Shown: positions 1-14,180 of the stretch, piece after piece
How the letters are laid out: every line of letters starts with the position of its first letter
Position numbering within the stretch: position 1 is the first letter of the stretch
DNA from: Malacoraja senta
Lineage: Eukaryota
Assembly: GCA_038087875.1 (NCBI GenBank)
Contig: CM075989.1
Span: 19,036,001 to 19,100,000, forward strand
Length of the DNA: 64,000 nt
Reading direction: 5' to 3'
Position numbers and translations under genes: made by a program
Notes under the pieces: model-generated
Database searches by the model: none
The model's input: only the letters and a program-made list of their open reading frames with translations
What the model was told of the DNA's origin: nothing

Positions 1-20
1 TAACAATGTATCTGACCTAA

Positions 21-495
21 TGGGCCTACCCCACTTAGGCGATTTTTTCGGCGACTGTCATAGTCGTAGCAGGTCGCCGAAAAACCGGCGACTGGACTCC
101 CCAGTCGATGTCAAGCTACGGCAAGCTACCAACAACCGGCGACCCATTAGGTCGTCCACCTATGACCACATCTACGACAACCCACGTCCACCCTGTTGGC
201 AACAACTGAAAACAATTCAGTTGCCTGTACCTGTCGCCGGTTGACGTAGGTAGTCGCCAATAGAATTCACCGAAGTCAGCACCAGCAACAACCTACATCA
301 CAAGACGACAACCTACGACAGCACCTACGTCAGGAGAAATCAAGCTACACTCATTGGCGTCAAGTCAACTGTCGCCGAAAAGATTTGAACATTTTAAAAT
401 CCAGCGGCGACCAGAAAAAACGCTACGATTCTTTGGGCGACTGAGGAGACTACTCACGACCATACTGGTGACACCCCAGCGACCATGTGGCGCAC
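21..495. mobile_element. Truncated Harbinger-like MITE of a related family
   Basis: TAA followed by TGGGCCTACCCCACTT, resembling the other TIRs, and CpG-rich CTACGAC/GGCGAC internal motifs. No right TIR found. Confidence 0.55.
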
Positions 496-1056
496 TGTAC
501 GTGAAATATAATCCAGAGAAATATGGAAACATAGGAGTCACAGCAGCAAGGAAGCAGACCCTTCGGCCCACATGATACATGCTGACCATTAAGTGCCAAT
601 TTATACCAATCCTACACTAATCACATTTTATTATTTCCAATTTTCAATCAACTCTCCCTACCAACCCTGATTCTACCTCTCACCTACACACAGTGGAATT
701 TGCCATGGTCAACTAACCTTCCAAATACAAGATTATTAGGGGGTAGAACATGGAATGTTACGCAACACAATTCTAGAAAGGCTACAGGAATGCCAATATG
801 GGGGTTATGTACACAAATCATTGAATGCAGCAGGGCAAGTTAAGAAAGTGATTAAAAGAGAATTATTTACTTCACGACACAATAGCGGCGGTCAGGATGC
901 ACTTTTAAGAGCCACAACTGGAGTACTGTGTCCAGTCCTGAACACCACACTAGGATGTGAAGAATTTACCACAGGTGGAAGAAATTTACAGGAGTAATTC
1001 CAGGGACAAAGAACGTTGATTCTATGAGGATCTAAGAAACTGGAATTGTTCTCCTT

Positions 1057-1226
1057 GGCTTCCTCCCACACTCCAAAGACGTACAGGTTTGTAGGTTAAT
1101 TGACTTGGTATAAATGTAAAATTGTCCCTAGTGCGTGTAGGATAGTGTTGATGTGCGGGGATCACTGGCCAGTGCAGACTCGGTGGGCCGAAGGGCCTGT
1201 TTCCGCGCTGTCTCTCTAAACTAAAC
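1057..1226 (+). mobile_element. HE1 SINE 3' half
   Basis: Matches the other copies; ends CTAAACTAAAC. Confidence 0.8.
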
Positions 1227-1403
1227 ATGACGTCATAGAACTAGGCAGAATGAAAGTGGTAAATAAAAAGTGTTTTACCTTCTGTTTTTGGTTTTGAATA
1301 AAGTGAGTGGTTAGGGTCAGAATACATTGAAAGTAAAACAGTGGATTCAATGGTGATGGTCAAAAGGAATGGCAAAGGTACTTGAAAAGAAGGAAAAAAA
1401 CAA

Positions 1404-1513
1404 AGGTAGAAAAAAATGCTGGAGAAACTCAGCGGGTGCAGCAGCATCTATGGAGCGAAGGAAATAGGCAACTTTTCGGGCCGAAACCCTTCTTCAGTCT
1501 GAAGAAGGGTTTC
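1404..1513 (-). mobile_element. PLE-tail derivative (young subfamily), antisense arm plus start of the sense core
   Basis: Reverse complement of the 58890-58985 tail, then TCTGAAGAAGGGTTTC. Confidence 0.8.
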
Positions 1514-3602
1514 ATCATGTAAGAGGTACAGAAGTTTGAAAACTCACACCTCCAGATTCAGGGACAGTTTCTTCCCAGCTGTTATCAGGCAACTGAACCG
1601 TCCTCTCACCAACTAGAGTGCTGACCTGACCTCCCATCGACCCCTTTGAAGACCTTTGAACTATTTTCAATCGTACTTCATCTTATAGTAAATGATGTCC
1701 CCTTGATCCTTTATCTATACACTCCGGATAGCTTGATAGTAATCATGTAATGTATTTTCTTTGACCGGACAGCACACAAAAAACTTTTCACTGTACACAT
1801 AACAATGAACTAAACACTTGGATCAACAGGATTGCTCACGGATACACCCAGCAAAAAGTTGATGGGCAGAATGGGTTCCTGCCATTCAGTAACTTTTCAT
1901 CAATTGTGCAATAGCAGATAAATCGGATTCCAGCACTGGGATGGCTTAGCTGAACAGATGTTACAGCTACAGAAAGCACAGAAATGAAACAGTGATTGCA
2001 TGCATCAGTTCCCAAGTGGGAATCTGTTCTCAACTCAAAACATTTTCTGAAGTCCCACCCAACAGTAACGTTTTCAGAAAAGAATGTTTGGCTTAAAGAA
2101 TGGTCTTTCACTTAACATAAGTGTTATTTTCAAACAACACTTCTCGTTTAAATAATCAACTGATGAAATCACTGGCTTTCCAACATTTGTTTTCAAGTGA
2201 CCAAATTGTCTGACATTCCAGTCCAATTACAAAGGAATTCTGAGGAGTGAATACATACCAGGAGCCGTGTTGAGAAAAGGGTCTTTATTTACTGACATGT
2301 CACTGCTTTTACTGCTCAGATTTGAAGTCATAACTGCACACATTCAAGAAATATATTTAATGTACAATATGTAATCATTATGGCGATGTTTCTCATAACC
2401 TAAACCCACACATTTAAGGCAACTATTCAAGTTTAGATTTAGGTTTATTATTGCCATGTGTACCGAGGTACAGTGGAAGTTTTATTCCACATGTTCTCCA
2501 ATCAAATTGGATCAGACTAAACATACATACAATCGACCCAAACTCAAGTACAATAGGCAGAGCAAAGGAAAAGAGAGTGCAGAATAAAGTTCTCAGCATT
2601 GTAGTGCAATTGTTTTTTTGTTTCTCCAAAGGGCGGAAGAGTTTGGAACTCTGATCCTCGTGCAGACAGGCTACAATCATAGTATTGAGCGGGTCAGGCA
2701 GCATCTCCAGAGAAAAGGAATTGGTGTTGTTTCGGGTTGAGACCCTTCATTATACTGAGAGTCAGGGGGAAGGGAAACGTGAGATTTAAGACAAATGAAT
2801 GGAAGATATGCAAAAAGCAACGATAATGAAGGAAAATTGGAGCCCACAATGGTCCATTGTTTGCTGCGGGATAGATGATAATGAGATATACAGTGAGTTT
2901 CATCGTCTGTATATCTCATTATCATCTTTCTTTGATTATCATTGCTTTTCCTGGATTATCGTTACTCCAGCAGTTTGTATCTGTCGGTGTAAACCAGTAT
3001 CTGCAGCTCCTCCCGACACAATCATACTATTGATGAACTTGAAGAACTGTGACTGGAAAGGTGCAGGCCAAGAGCTGTTAAGTGGGATTTGCCTCAATTC
3101 GTTTTGCTTGACAAGCTTAAAATGCGTGAAATGGCATCCTGTGCTATAAAATTTCAATGAACTGATATTTTTACTATCTAGTGTAAAGTGCTTGGGATCA
3201 TAATTCCACCATGATCTGAAGTTTTCTACATAGTCCAAACTAAATTCAGATTCAGATTCAGATTCAGATTCAACTTTATTGTCATTGTGCAGTGTACAGT
3301 ACATAGACAACGAAATGCAGTTAGCATCTCCCTAGAAGAGCGACATAAATATGAGCAGTAAATAAATAAATCTAATCTAATATTCAGCAGAGTTTGGAGG
3401 TTTTAAAGACCACTATACCACTCAAAGCAAGAATGATTATCCAACATGATTGAAAGAGAGACATGGGCAATTCAGCAAGCATAAATGAGTAAGCCTCTAA
3501 ACTGTTAAACGCATGTGGGAAATATATGGTAACTTTTTAAACGGACTCAATTCTTCAGCAAAATTTCCACTTCACATTTTTAATAATTTAATGCAATTTC
3601 AT

Positions 3603-3914
3603 TAGTGTAGTTTAGTTCAGAGATACAGCGCGGAAACAGGCCCTCCGGCTCACCGAGTTCGCGCGGACCAGTGACCCCCGTACATGAACACTATCCTACA
3701 CAGACTAGGAACAATTCACATTTACACCAAGCCAATTCACCTACAAACCTGTGTGTCTTTGGAGTGTGGGAGGAAACCGAAGATCTCGGAGAAAACCCAC
3801 ATGGTCATGAGGAGAACGTACCAACTCCGTACAGACAAGCACCCAAAATCAGGATGGAACCCGGGTCTCTGGCGCTGTAAGGCAGCAACTCTACCGCTGC
3901 GTCACCGTGCCGTC
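3603..3914 (-). mobile_element. Full-length HE1/V-type tRNA-derived SINE
   Basis: tRNA-like head, V-domain-like GGTTTTCTCCGAG...GGTTTCCTCCCAC, and CR1-like tail GGGCCTGTTTCCGCGCTGTATCTCT(AAACT)n. Confidence 0.88.
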
Positions 3915-4084
3915 AATAACATCTATAGTGTGACACATCTTGAATAGCACACAATTGTTGCTGAACTAAAGAACAAGCGTCTTAGTACAGGCAGAGTCAC
4001 AGATCATGCCACTTTTAAATTGCAATTTTTAATATGATCCTTGTTTATTAGTCAATTTCTGGCCAGTAGAATCAGAGATGTATA

Positions 4085-4630
4085 CACCATGGAGACAAGG
4101 CTAGATCCATTTAGCTGCGTTTGGTATAAATCCCTCCAAACCTTTCCAATATTTTGCATGCTATTGTACCTGCCTCAACCATTTTCTCTGGCAGCTCTTT
4201 CTATATACCTGCCGCCCTTTGTGAAAATGTTGCCCCTCGGATTACTTTTGAATCTTTCCCTTCTCGCCTTTACCCTGTCCCCTATCAGTTTTAATTCCCC
4301 TACCCTGGGGAAAAAAGGTGCATTCACCCTATCAATTCCCCTCATGATCTTATACACATCTAAAAGAACACCCTCCCATACTCATTAAGCTAGCCTATCC
4401 AGGGATAAAGCTTCAGTCTGTCCAACCTCTTCCTACTCAAGCCCTCCAGCCCCTATAACATCCTTGTGAAGCTTTATCTGCACCCATTGCAGCTTAATGA
4501 CATCCTTCCTGTCACTGGGCGATCCGAACTGTGCATTATACGCCACGTTTGGTCATAGAATAACTAGAACAGTTGCAACATGACATCCCAACTCTTGTAC
4601 TCAACGCCCTGACCAATGAAGGCAAATGTG
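4085..4630 (-). mobile_element. Degraded CR1 3' fragment
   Basis: YKIMRGIDRV...RGNIFT remnants (ORF 4175..4357). Confidence 0.75.
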
Positions 4631-5138
4631 TTATTAATAGCTAAATTCTGAAGAAGGGTCCCGACTCAAAATCTGCCCCATCCATGTTCTCCAGAAATGC
4701 CTCCTGAACCACTGAGTTACTCCACCATTTTGTCTTTTTTGGTAAACCAGCATCTGCAGTTCCTTGCTTCTAAATTCTTGACACTTTCTTGCTAAATAAA
4801 CCGGATAAACCAGTTTAATGTGTAATATGTGGCACAACTTCACTATACCCAATTTAGAATGCACACAAAAGTGGTGAGGTAGTTTGCTGATCAGTACCTC
4901 TCTGTGTTCCAGCGATGACTCGTGTTGTGGCCTTTAATGGAAAAACCTTTTGTGCATATTCCACCAGTTGGTAAAGCATGCATCTCAAGTAGATCAAGCC
5001 ACACAGCTCTCATCTTTCAGTGGAAGAATAGGCTAGCTTAATTAATGCAAATTATAGTACTTTCCAAAATGCCTGCAGGCATTATTACTACTTTACTGGA
5101 CGGGTGGGATGGAGGGATGATACTGCACAAACTTCAAA

Positions 5139-5449
5139 TTTAGTTTATTTTACTTTAGAGATACAGCACGGAAACAGGCCCTTCGGCCCAGAGTCCACAT
5201 TGACCAGCGATCCCTGCACATCGACACTACCTACACACCTTAGGGACAATATACATTTATACCAAGGCAATTAACTTACAAACCTGTACATCTTTGGAGC
5301 GTGGGAGGAAACCGAAGATCTTGGAGAAAACCCATGCAGGTCATGGGGAGAACGTACAAACTCACAGAGTACCCATAGTCAGGATCGAACCTGGGACCCG
5401 GGTCTTTGGTAAGTGTAAGGCAGCAACTCTACCGCTGCGCCACTGTGCA
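5139..5449 (-). mobile_element. HE1 SINE
   Basis: Aligns by eye to 3603-3914 over its full length. Confidence 0.85.
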
Positions 5450-8400
5450 TTAAAATTACTGGAATCACATCTGGAAAACAATTTCTATTTGAAAGGGAAT
5501 TGGATAAACTTTTGTTTTGTAGCCAGCAGAATTTGTTTGCTGACTCAACATACTAACTATATTCTATTGCCGCAATTTCACTTTAGTTAGTCACTAGACA
5601 AAGAGTTTGACTTCAATGAGCCTGACTGGGGAGTCAGAGTCTGAAGAAGGGTCTTGACCCGAAACATCACCCATTCCTTCTCTCCAGAGATGCTGCCTGA
5701 CCCGCGGAGTTACTCCAGCTTTTTGTGTCTACCACAGTCCCAACAACATGTGTTTGACCATGTAGACACAAGGAACTGCAGATGCTGATTTGCAACAAAA
5801 AAAGACTGTGCTGGAGTAATAGCGGGTCAGGCAGCATCTCTGAACCTGGACAAACATTGCCTATCCATATTCTCCAAAGATAATGCCTGACCTATTGAGT
5901 TATTCTAGCACTTTGTAGCTTTAAAAGTTTGATCATGACTCCTGGCAGTTCCTCTGTGTAAATTGAAAGCTCCCTTTCCAGTTGCTCATTTCCCCTCTCA
6001 TCACAATGATGTGCTGAAGGGTAGGTTAATTGGCCGTTGTAAATTATGTGTAGATAATGAGAATCAGAGTAATAGTAGAAAAAATGGTTACATTGGAAAG
6101 TGGCGTATGAAATTTATGGTACTGTTCTGAGAGTTGGCACAGACTTAATAAAGCAAAAGGCTTATATTAAAGAAAATACAATTATGAAATCTGACCACTT
6201 TTCAGAAATATACAGTAATGCTCCAAATGATTCAATACAAAAGATATGATGTGTGTAAGTATTAAGCAGTGTTAAATTATGATCTTACCCTTGATTTGAG
6301 ACAAGAGCCATTGAGAACAAATGGCAGTCAGACTGCCATTAGTTTCTGACCAACTTGGAATGGAACACTACATCCCCAACTGAATTTTGGTTAAATATAA
6401 TTAAAATACTGACAACACCAGCAGATCCAGTCAGAGCAGAAGCTTAAAAATGATCATTTGCAGTAATATGCACCCAAATAGCAGTGCTCTCTTTGGATCA
6501 GTGCAAAGTTGAATCCCCCAATCTTCTAAACTATGGTATAATGGGGGCTCTCTCCCCTCTCACCAGCTGCCGCTTCTTTCTGTCGGCGTGGCTTTGTCCA
6601 TTCCCTGCTCCAGAACGCAACTGCAGGGGATGAGAAGGCAACGGAATGGACAAAAAGAGATGAAGAAGGCAGCCGTGGAGCGAGAGGCGGACAAAGCTAA
6701 GAAGTGGTCACTGGTGAGAGGGGAGAGAGCCCCGTGGTGACCAAACACGGCCTGACGTAAGCTGCAACAACAGCCGCATCAACTGGTGAAGGGCTCGCTG
6801 GTGCAGACCAGTGGCATCAGCACCTCGTATTAAGGTGAAACAACACAAAGTGCTGGAGTAACTCAGCAGACTGAGTCAGTCTGAAGAAGGGTCCCGATTT
6901 CCATGTTCTCCAGAGATGCTGCCTGACCCACTGAGTTACTCCAGCACCTTGTGTTCTTTTGTGTATTAGATCAGCATCTGCAGTTCTTTGTGTCATGGAC
7001 AATCGGCAATGATGGACGCCATTTTCTCCCTCCTCACCACCACCCCCCCCCCCCCATGGTCCATTATAAGGAGGGTTTACTGCATTGCAAACTTAGTCCT
7101 ATAGAATCACACATCTCAGCCCCGTGCATTAATTCCACTAAAAATTAAAATAAGCAAATATACACATTGCTGATTTTAGGAATAGAGATTCAAAGTCTCC
7201 AAAAACAAGCATTTTAAATTAATAAGTTGCATTGATTTCAGTTTTTCTTTTAATGGGTTCAGCACACACAGCTGCAGCCCACCACTAAATGTTGTGCATG
7301 GTTGAATGCCAAATTTTAAAGATAAATCACGTTGATGATTACCATGTGATTTTTTAAATCCTAATGGTTCAGATTAAATTGCAAATTCCCTTGAAGGCTA
7401 AAACTGCTGCGAATTGTTAGGAATGGTATACCTCTTCCAAATTATTCATAGTTATTTAAGCAGATTCAGTAATGGAAGTTGCAAGTCCACGATATGTCAG
7501 ACACAGGCAGATACAGAAGAGAGAGCTGATACTTAGTTACTGCAGATCAACACTTACAACCACATTCTTGTGCTGATACTTTGTTCATATCTATCAAGGC
7601 ACTCATCATAAAGTGTTTGGAGAATCTTATCAGCAATTCATTATTATTGACTATCAGAAACATAGTTTGGAACATCAGAAACACAGAGGATTTTAAACAA
7701 AAAAAGCAGGGAGAAAAACGGAATATGGCCTTTTAAACACAGCAATTGAAACAACCCTAATTTCCAAATGGACACACAAAAGACTGCAGATGCTGGAATC
7801 TTGTGTAAGAAACAAAGTACTGGAGGAAATCGGTGATGCAGCATCTGTGGAGGGATTGGACAGACGAGGTTTCTTCACAAGTCTGAAGAAAGGGGCCCGA
7901 CCCGAAGTGTCATCAGTCCATTTCCCTCCACAGATGTTGCCTGACTGGCTGAGTTCCTCCTGTACCTTGTTTTTTTTTGCTCAACTTCCTAATTCTTTGC
8001 AATTACAGCCTGGCTACTTGACCCATGACTGACAGGGCCCAACTATGTATGTATGTTTTATAAAGTCTGGGTTTAGGTTTGGATGAAAGGGCCCGACTGG
8101 TCTGAGTCACCTAACCCAGGTCAGCGTGATTTGTTGAAATATCACTACGTGTCCGCAGTTACTAATTATTAGCAAAGCACATGCAGAAAATGAAGTCACT
8201 TCTGCCCTAGATCATGAAGGATATGATTAAAAACATTAATTACTCAGACTCTGGTTTAGGTTTATTGTTACATGTACTAAACTATAGTGAAAAGCTTTGT
8301 TTTGCACGCTAACCAATCAAATCAGATAATACTACACATAAATATAATCAAGGCAAACTCAAGTACAATAAATAGAGCTAAGAAAAAGATACAAAGTGCT

Positions 8401-9010
8401 TCGGTTGTGACCAAGTCAGGTTTTAATTTCATATCCAAACTGACCTCTATTTGTTATTTATTTTCTGTCGTGTTCAATATTATTGCCAAGGCACAACCCT
8501 CTATTTGATCAGAACAGTCATAAAAAATAACTATTTATGCAAATCATACCATACTAGTTATACTTCAGCCCACTTTTTCAAAACAAAAGGCTCCCGGACT
8601 TTAAAGCATATTATGGGAATCAAAGCATAATGATGTGTTGTGGAAAAGTGACACAGAAGAATCAGTTTAAATTCTAATGCAAACAGATATTTTGATGTGC
8701 AAGTCTGGAAAGTGAATGACAATAAACTATTTCACTGGAGGGGGAAAGAAACAATGAAGTCGTCAAATATGCATTCTTTCTAAAGAAGCACTGTTAACCA
8801 CACAAACAAGAAATGGGAGATTTTTTTCATCAAAGCCATTTCAACAAATTGATCAAATATTTGACTTTAGCCCAATGCAATGAGTCCATTGTGGCAGCCA
8901 CAGCCCACAACTTGCTCATGTGACTGTCAAGGGGAGAGTTCAAACCCCACTCAAGAGCTATGAACGCCTATCGACTGATACTGAAATGCAGCACTGTAAA
9001 TGGAGGTACT

Positions 9011-9243
9011 ATTTCAGTTTAGATATACAGCGCCAAAACAGGCCCTTCGGCCCACCAATTCCACGTTGACCAGCGGTCCCCGCACACTAACACCATCCTA
9101 CACACACTGGGGACAATTTACAATTTTACCAATACAATTAGCCCTCAAACCTGTACGTCTTTGGAGTGTGGGAGGAAACCGGAGCTCCTGGAGAAAATCC
9201 ACACAGGTCACGGGAAGAATGTACAGACTCTGTACAGCGTACA
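9011..9243 (-). mobile_element. HE1 SINE, 5'-truncated
   Basis: Tail and V-domain present. Confidence 0.8.
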
Positions 9244-11558
9244 CACTTCTTACTGTTGTCAGAGGAGATATTAAAACTTAGGCCTCATCTATTCACTCAG
9301 GTGCAAGTTTTAAAAACTTAAACTCTTGGAATTATCTTAGAGACCAAAGTTCACACTCTACCTTGGTGGATACCTTAAATAATTGGAAAACATTCTTGTA
9401 ATACATTTGCTACATGAGATATTGCAGCACACAAACATTACCACAGCAACTACCCTTTAAAAGGTGTAGGAAGGAACTGCAGATGTTGGTTTAAACTGAA
9501 GATACTCAAAATGCTGGAGTAACTCAGTGGGACAGGCAACATCTCTGGAGAGAAGGAAAGGGTGACATTTTGGGTCGAGACCCTACTTCAAATTTTTTAA
9601 AGGGACTCCATATGTCATGCAATTTTTTAGGCCTTTGCAAAATATGCCACATAAATGTATTTTTCCTTTAGAATTGCAGCCTCCCAGAACTGCTGCAACT
9701 GGCCATGTTTGCTAATTAAGAATGATTTCCAAAAGCACACAATTAGGTGTCACTTAAAAGAGCTAACAATATGGAAATACACAAGCTTTAAAGTGCTATT
9801 ATGAAATGTAATCATTGCAAAGAAGCTTACACACAAACACTGACACACTCATCCAGTCTACAATGCTGCCAACTGGCCACAGATGCTGCTACAGAAACAT
9901 ACTAAAAGTTGCCAGAAATGTGTAAGTGGGAGGTGGCCAACTTTAAAACAGATGTGAAGTTGTATCAGAATCAAGTTACAGTTGCCTTAACACAAAACAA
10001 AGTGAACAACTGATTTAGCCATCAGCAAAGCACAAATTACTGTAGGAACTCAGCGAGTCTGGCAGTATTTGAGGGGGAATGGACAAGCAACGTTGCAGGT
10101 GGACTGAAGGGTCCCAACCCCAAAGTCGCCAGTCCGTTCCCTCCACACTTGCTACCTGACTCGGTAAGTTCCTTCAGCAATGTGTTTTGCTCAAGATTCC
10201 AACATCTGATGTTCTTTGTATCTCTACAGTTCTTTTTATCCACCCTCAAACTGATGTGTTACCAGCACAAAATGTACATCGAAAATATTGGTCCATATTC
10301 CTGAAAGAAAATTCAATCTCAAGAATCAACACAATTTTTGCCACCATACATTCTGCTGAAAATTCCCCAGTTTAATTGTGATAAGAAACAAAACAATTTC
10401 CCTTCCAGAAAGGTTACTCCCAAAACAACGATTGGACAGTTTGTCAACACAAATGACTTCAAATGAAAGTCTTATTCTCTGCATTCAGAAAACTGCAAAA
10501 ACTGTCTTCATAAATTAAAAAAGATTGAGGAACACAGTGCCACTATTCTTTAGCTTTTACATTTGAAAACACAGGTGAAAACCAATGACCAAACTATAAG
10601 CCTTAATGTGCAGAGCAATGGTTAAGCTAATAACCATATAATATACCCCCGTGTTAAGGACATTTCCCCTTATGGAATTCATGAATCACAACAACAAAAA
10701 TTGAGATATGAAATGAAATTTGCTCTTTGGGAAGTTGTGCGAGAAAAAATAATTAAGATACTTTTCAAACGAAACAACAAATGTTGTCAATGTTCATCAA
10801 GAGTGTGTTATGGAAGAATCACAATGGGGATGGTTTCAATGAATGCATTTCCTCTAATGCATGGGTGAACTGTATTTAAAACTCAAACTCAAGCATTTTT
10901 AACAATCTGTGGAAATGTTCTGATTATTTTGCTTTAAAATTAATACCCCATGATTAACAATTTGTATTTTAGTGACTATTAAAATAAAAAGATATACAAA
11001 CTGCATTTACCAACGGGATTACATATGCACTGTCTTAAGCAATAAATAACATTCCCAGTTTTTTAGCCAAGCTTACAGATGATTCATCCACACAACTAAT
11101 TCACATACTAGATCCTCGAGATGAAGTGGCTTCCAAGACGATGTGCTATGAAATGGCTTTTTCAACCTAATGCCATCCCACGCACACCTACAATCGGATG
11201 GGTAATGCTGAATGCCATTTGTCAGACCTTGCCCCACCCTCACCTCACATTTCCAGCTTTCTTCCTTCCCCCTCCCTCTCCCCACTCCAACAGTCAGAAG
11301 CAGAGTTCTGATCCAAAATGTCACCTATCCATTCCTCCTCAGATGCTGCCTGGCCCACTGAGTTCCTCCATAGATGAAGTGCAGTGTGAGGGGTTCAAGG
11401 GCATTCATATCAACGTCTCAGGTGGGGAGATTCTTTGAAATACTCTATTCAGGGAATGCCAAGTGCCTTTCTGCACCCAAAAGGCTTTCTTTTCTTGGCT
11501 CTCAGAGGGGGATGTCCTCAGTATTTAGGCCGTATGTGGTCTTGGCGTAATTATAAGC

Positions 11559-11850
11559 TAGTTTAGTTTAGTGATACAGCGCAGAAACAGGCCCTTTGGC
11601 CCACCAAATCCACGCCAACCAGCAATCCTCGCACAATAACATTATTTTACGCACACTAGGGACAATTTTACCAAGCCAATTAGCCTACAAACCTGTACAT
11701 CTTTGGAGTGTGGGAGGAATCCAGAGCACCCAGGGAAAACCCACAAGGTCACAAGGAGAACAAACAAAGACTGCACCTGCAGTCAGAAACAAATCTGGGT
11801 ATCTGGCGCTGTAAGGCAGCAACTCGACCGCTGTGTCACACTGCCACCCC
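11559..11850 (-). mobile_element. HE1 SINE
   Basis: Full-length diverged copy. Confidence 0.82.
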
Positions 11851-12400
11851 TAGTTCCTGGATCTCCTGCTCTCTTTCCATTGACATAAAGTCATAAGTTT
11901 GTAATCTTGGACCCATGCCTTCAGGTTCCTGCAAATCTATTTTTCTCCCCTCGAGACCCCGAGTTTTCAAGGATACCTTGTGTATGAGGTTTATTAGTTC
12001 CCAGATCTCCTGGTCATTCTTATCAAACCAATATGTGTTTTCTGGCAAAGACAAGATATTTTCCCAGGTGCTAATCATTGTGGATTTTAGTCCAAGCACT
12101 TGGGAGTTGTCAGATTGTCTGCCAGGTGTGAACTGAGAGAGCTTTCTTTGCAGGATCCTTGAAATATTCATTATTGATTTCCTTCAATTTCTTCCAGCAA
12201 TGCTTTTGGCTGGTGTCCTGGGCTGATGTAAATAACAGATTAAGCAGTAGTCAATGCAGTATTCATCAGCACCAACATGGCACTAGTAGATGCACACATC
12301 CTTGGGATCTCTCGCTTGGATAACAACTACAAGTGCTGCACCCACATTGACAGTCTTACCAAAGTATCTTGTACTTGTGATGCTGACAAAACTGGGTGAA
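11850..12400 (-). mobile_element. Ancient RTE-like LINE remnant
   Basis: WFDKNDQEIWELI resembles the RTE ORF motif WFDENDxEI; heavily degraded. Confidence 0.45.
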
Positions 12401-12521
12401 GGACACAAGGACTTTATCAGAAGAAAAACTCCAGTCCGAAGAAGGGTCCCAACCTGAAACATCACCCATCCTTTTTCTCTGTGCATGCGGCCTGACCTGC
12501 TGAGTAATTCCAGCACCTTAT

Positions 12522-13010
12522 AGGGGCTGTCCCACTGCGGCGACCTAATTGGCGAGTTTAGAAGAGTTTGCCCTCGACTCATACTCGCAGCATGGTCGAC
12601 ACGAGGTCCTAGGAGGTCTTTGTAACTCTCCTTCATGCTCGAGTAGTTCCCGCGTACTCGAGGCCTCGGCTAGGTCGCGGCGTATTTTTTAACATGCTGG
12701 AAAATGCCATGGAAAAAAAATCATTTTTTTAAACTCTTAGGTTTAGTCGAAGTAGGTCATATTAGGTCGGCATGTTATTCGTAGGTAATCGAGGGTAGTC
12801 GAAGGTAATCGTAGATAGTCTTTAACATAGTCGAAGGGAGGTCGTCTTCACTCTCCACTATTCGGTGTCCAATTTTCCCGAAGCTAGTCGAAGCTAGTCT
12901 TCAACATGGTCGAAGGAGGTTTTCTACATAGTCGAAGGCGGTCTTCAACATGACACTTTTTCAAACTCTTCTAAACTCGCCAATTAGGTCGCCGCAGTGG
13001 GACAGCCCCT
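12522..13010. mobile_element. Non-autonomous DNA transposon (PIF/Harbinger-like MITE)
   Basis: Perfect 49-bp TIR AGGGGCTGTCCCACTGCGGCGACCTAATTGGCGAGTTTAGAAGAGTTTG; 3-bp TSD TAT. Confidence 0.9.
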
Positions 13011-13374
13011 TATGTTTAACTTCACCATATAGAATTGTCCTGCTTTCTGTGATCAGGGCATTCCCGTGCAATTGTCCATATTGTTGGATAGATCTGTCTT
13101 GCAATCATGTTGGAACAGCTTGTCCAGAGATGCAATTGATTTTTGGAGCGCAGGATTTCATTTTTAAATCGCACTTAAATCTATAGGTCGATGCCCCTGT
13201 CAGACCTATAGATGAGAGATGCCAGGCTTGGGAAATGTGAATCCCTTATCTCTTTACAACATAGAAGGAAGCCATTCCATTTATGTCAGCTCACAAACAA
13301 TCCCATTCCTGTCTATTTTTTCCACTGTAAACTATGTTCATAAGTTTTAGAATTAGGCCATTCAGCTCATCAAT

Positions 13375-14180
13375 TCCGGAAGTGGCGGTGCTGTTGAACA
13401 GCTGCGGCTCGCCTGCAGTACGTCCGTTTTTACTTTTGTTGTTGTTTTCTTTTGTCCTGTTTTAGTTAAATTTTAGTTTATTGGGTTGTGTATGTGTGGG
13501 TGAGGGGGGTGAAACATGATTTTTGTCTCTTCCTTCGGGGGAATGCGACTTTTTCTTGTCGTATCCCCCTTCTCTGCCTCCGTCTGCGCTGAGGCCTAAT
13601 GGCGGCCTCCAACTGCGACCGACCTCGAGGCTCCGGAGGCAGAGCCAGGACTTACCAACGCGAGGCTGGCTGACTTCGGGGCTGCGGTGGCGACCAAAGA
13701 TACTGGTGGAGACCTGAATCCGGGGCTCGGCCGCGGCTGGCTCAGTGGATGACATCGTCGGGAGCTCGCAGGTCACAGGTGGGTGACCTGTTTTTCTGGA
13801 GCTCCCGCAGCTACAGCTGCGTCCGGTGGACTGGAGGGCGGCAGCTTCGGCCACCCTGGGCCGCGGAGTTTGAACCAGCCCGTCGCGGAGCACGGACGCA
13901 GCCGCGGGACTGACTTACCATCACCCGGCAGGGTCACAACATCAGAAGCCTTGATCGGCGCAGCGCAGAGGGAGAACAAAGAGGGAAGAGACAGAGACCT
14001 TAAGACTTTTACCTCCATCACAGTGAGGAGGTGCCTGGTGAACTCGCTGTGGTGGATGTTAATTTGTGTGTATTGTGTGTTTTGTTATTTATTATTATAT
14101 GTATGACTGCAGGCAACGAAATTTTGTTCAGACCGAAAGGTCTGAATGACAAATAAAGGAATCTAATCTCATCTAATCTT
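13375..14180 (+). mobile_element. CpG-rich bipartite non-autonomous retroelement (GC-rich head plus LINE-type tail) nested in a CR1 tail
   Basis: Starts CCGGAAGTGGCGG; ends with hairpin TTCAGACC-GAAA-GGTCTGAA, AATAAA and (ATCTA)n. CR1 tail sequence is interrupted at ATCAA on both sides. Confidence 0.7.

Noticed and set aside
3830..3914. tRNA-like sequences at SINE heads
   Set aside because: These are tRNA-derived SINE promoters continuing into the V-domain; not tRNA genes.
13462..14106. GC-rich ORFs or a second gene promoter
   Set aside because: They lie within a repeat that has a LINE-like tail and a relative at 63460.
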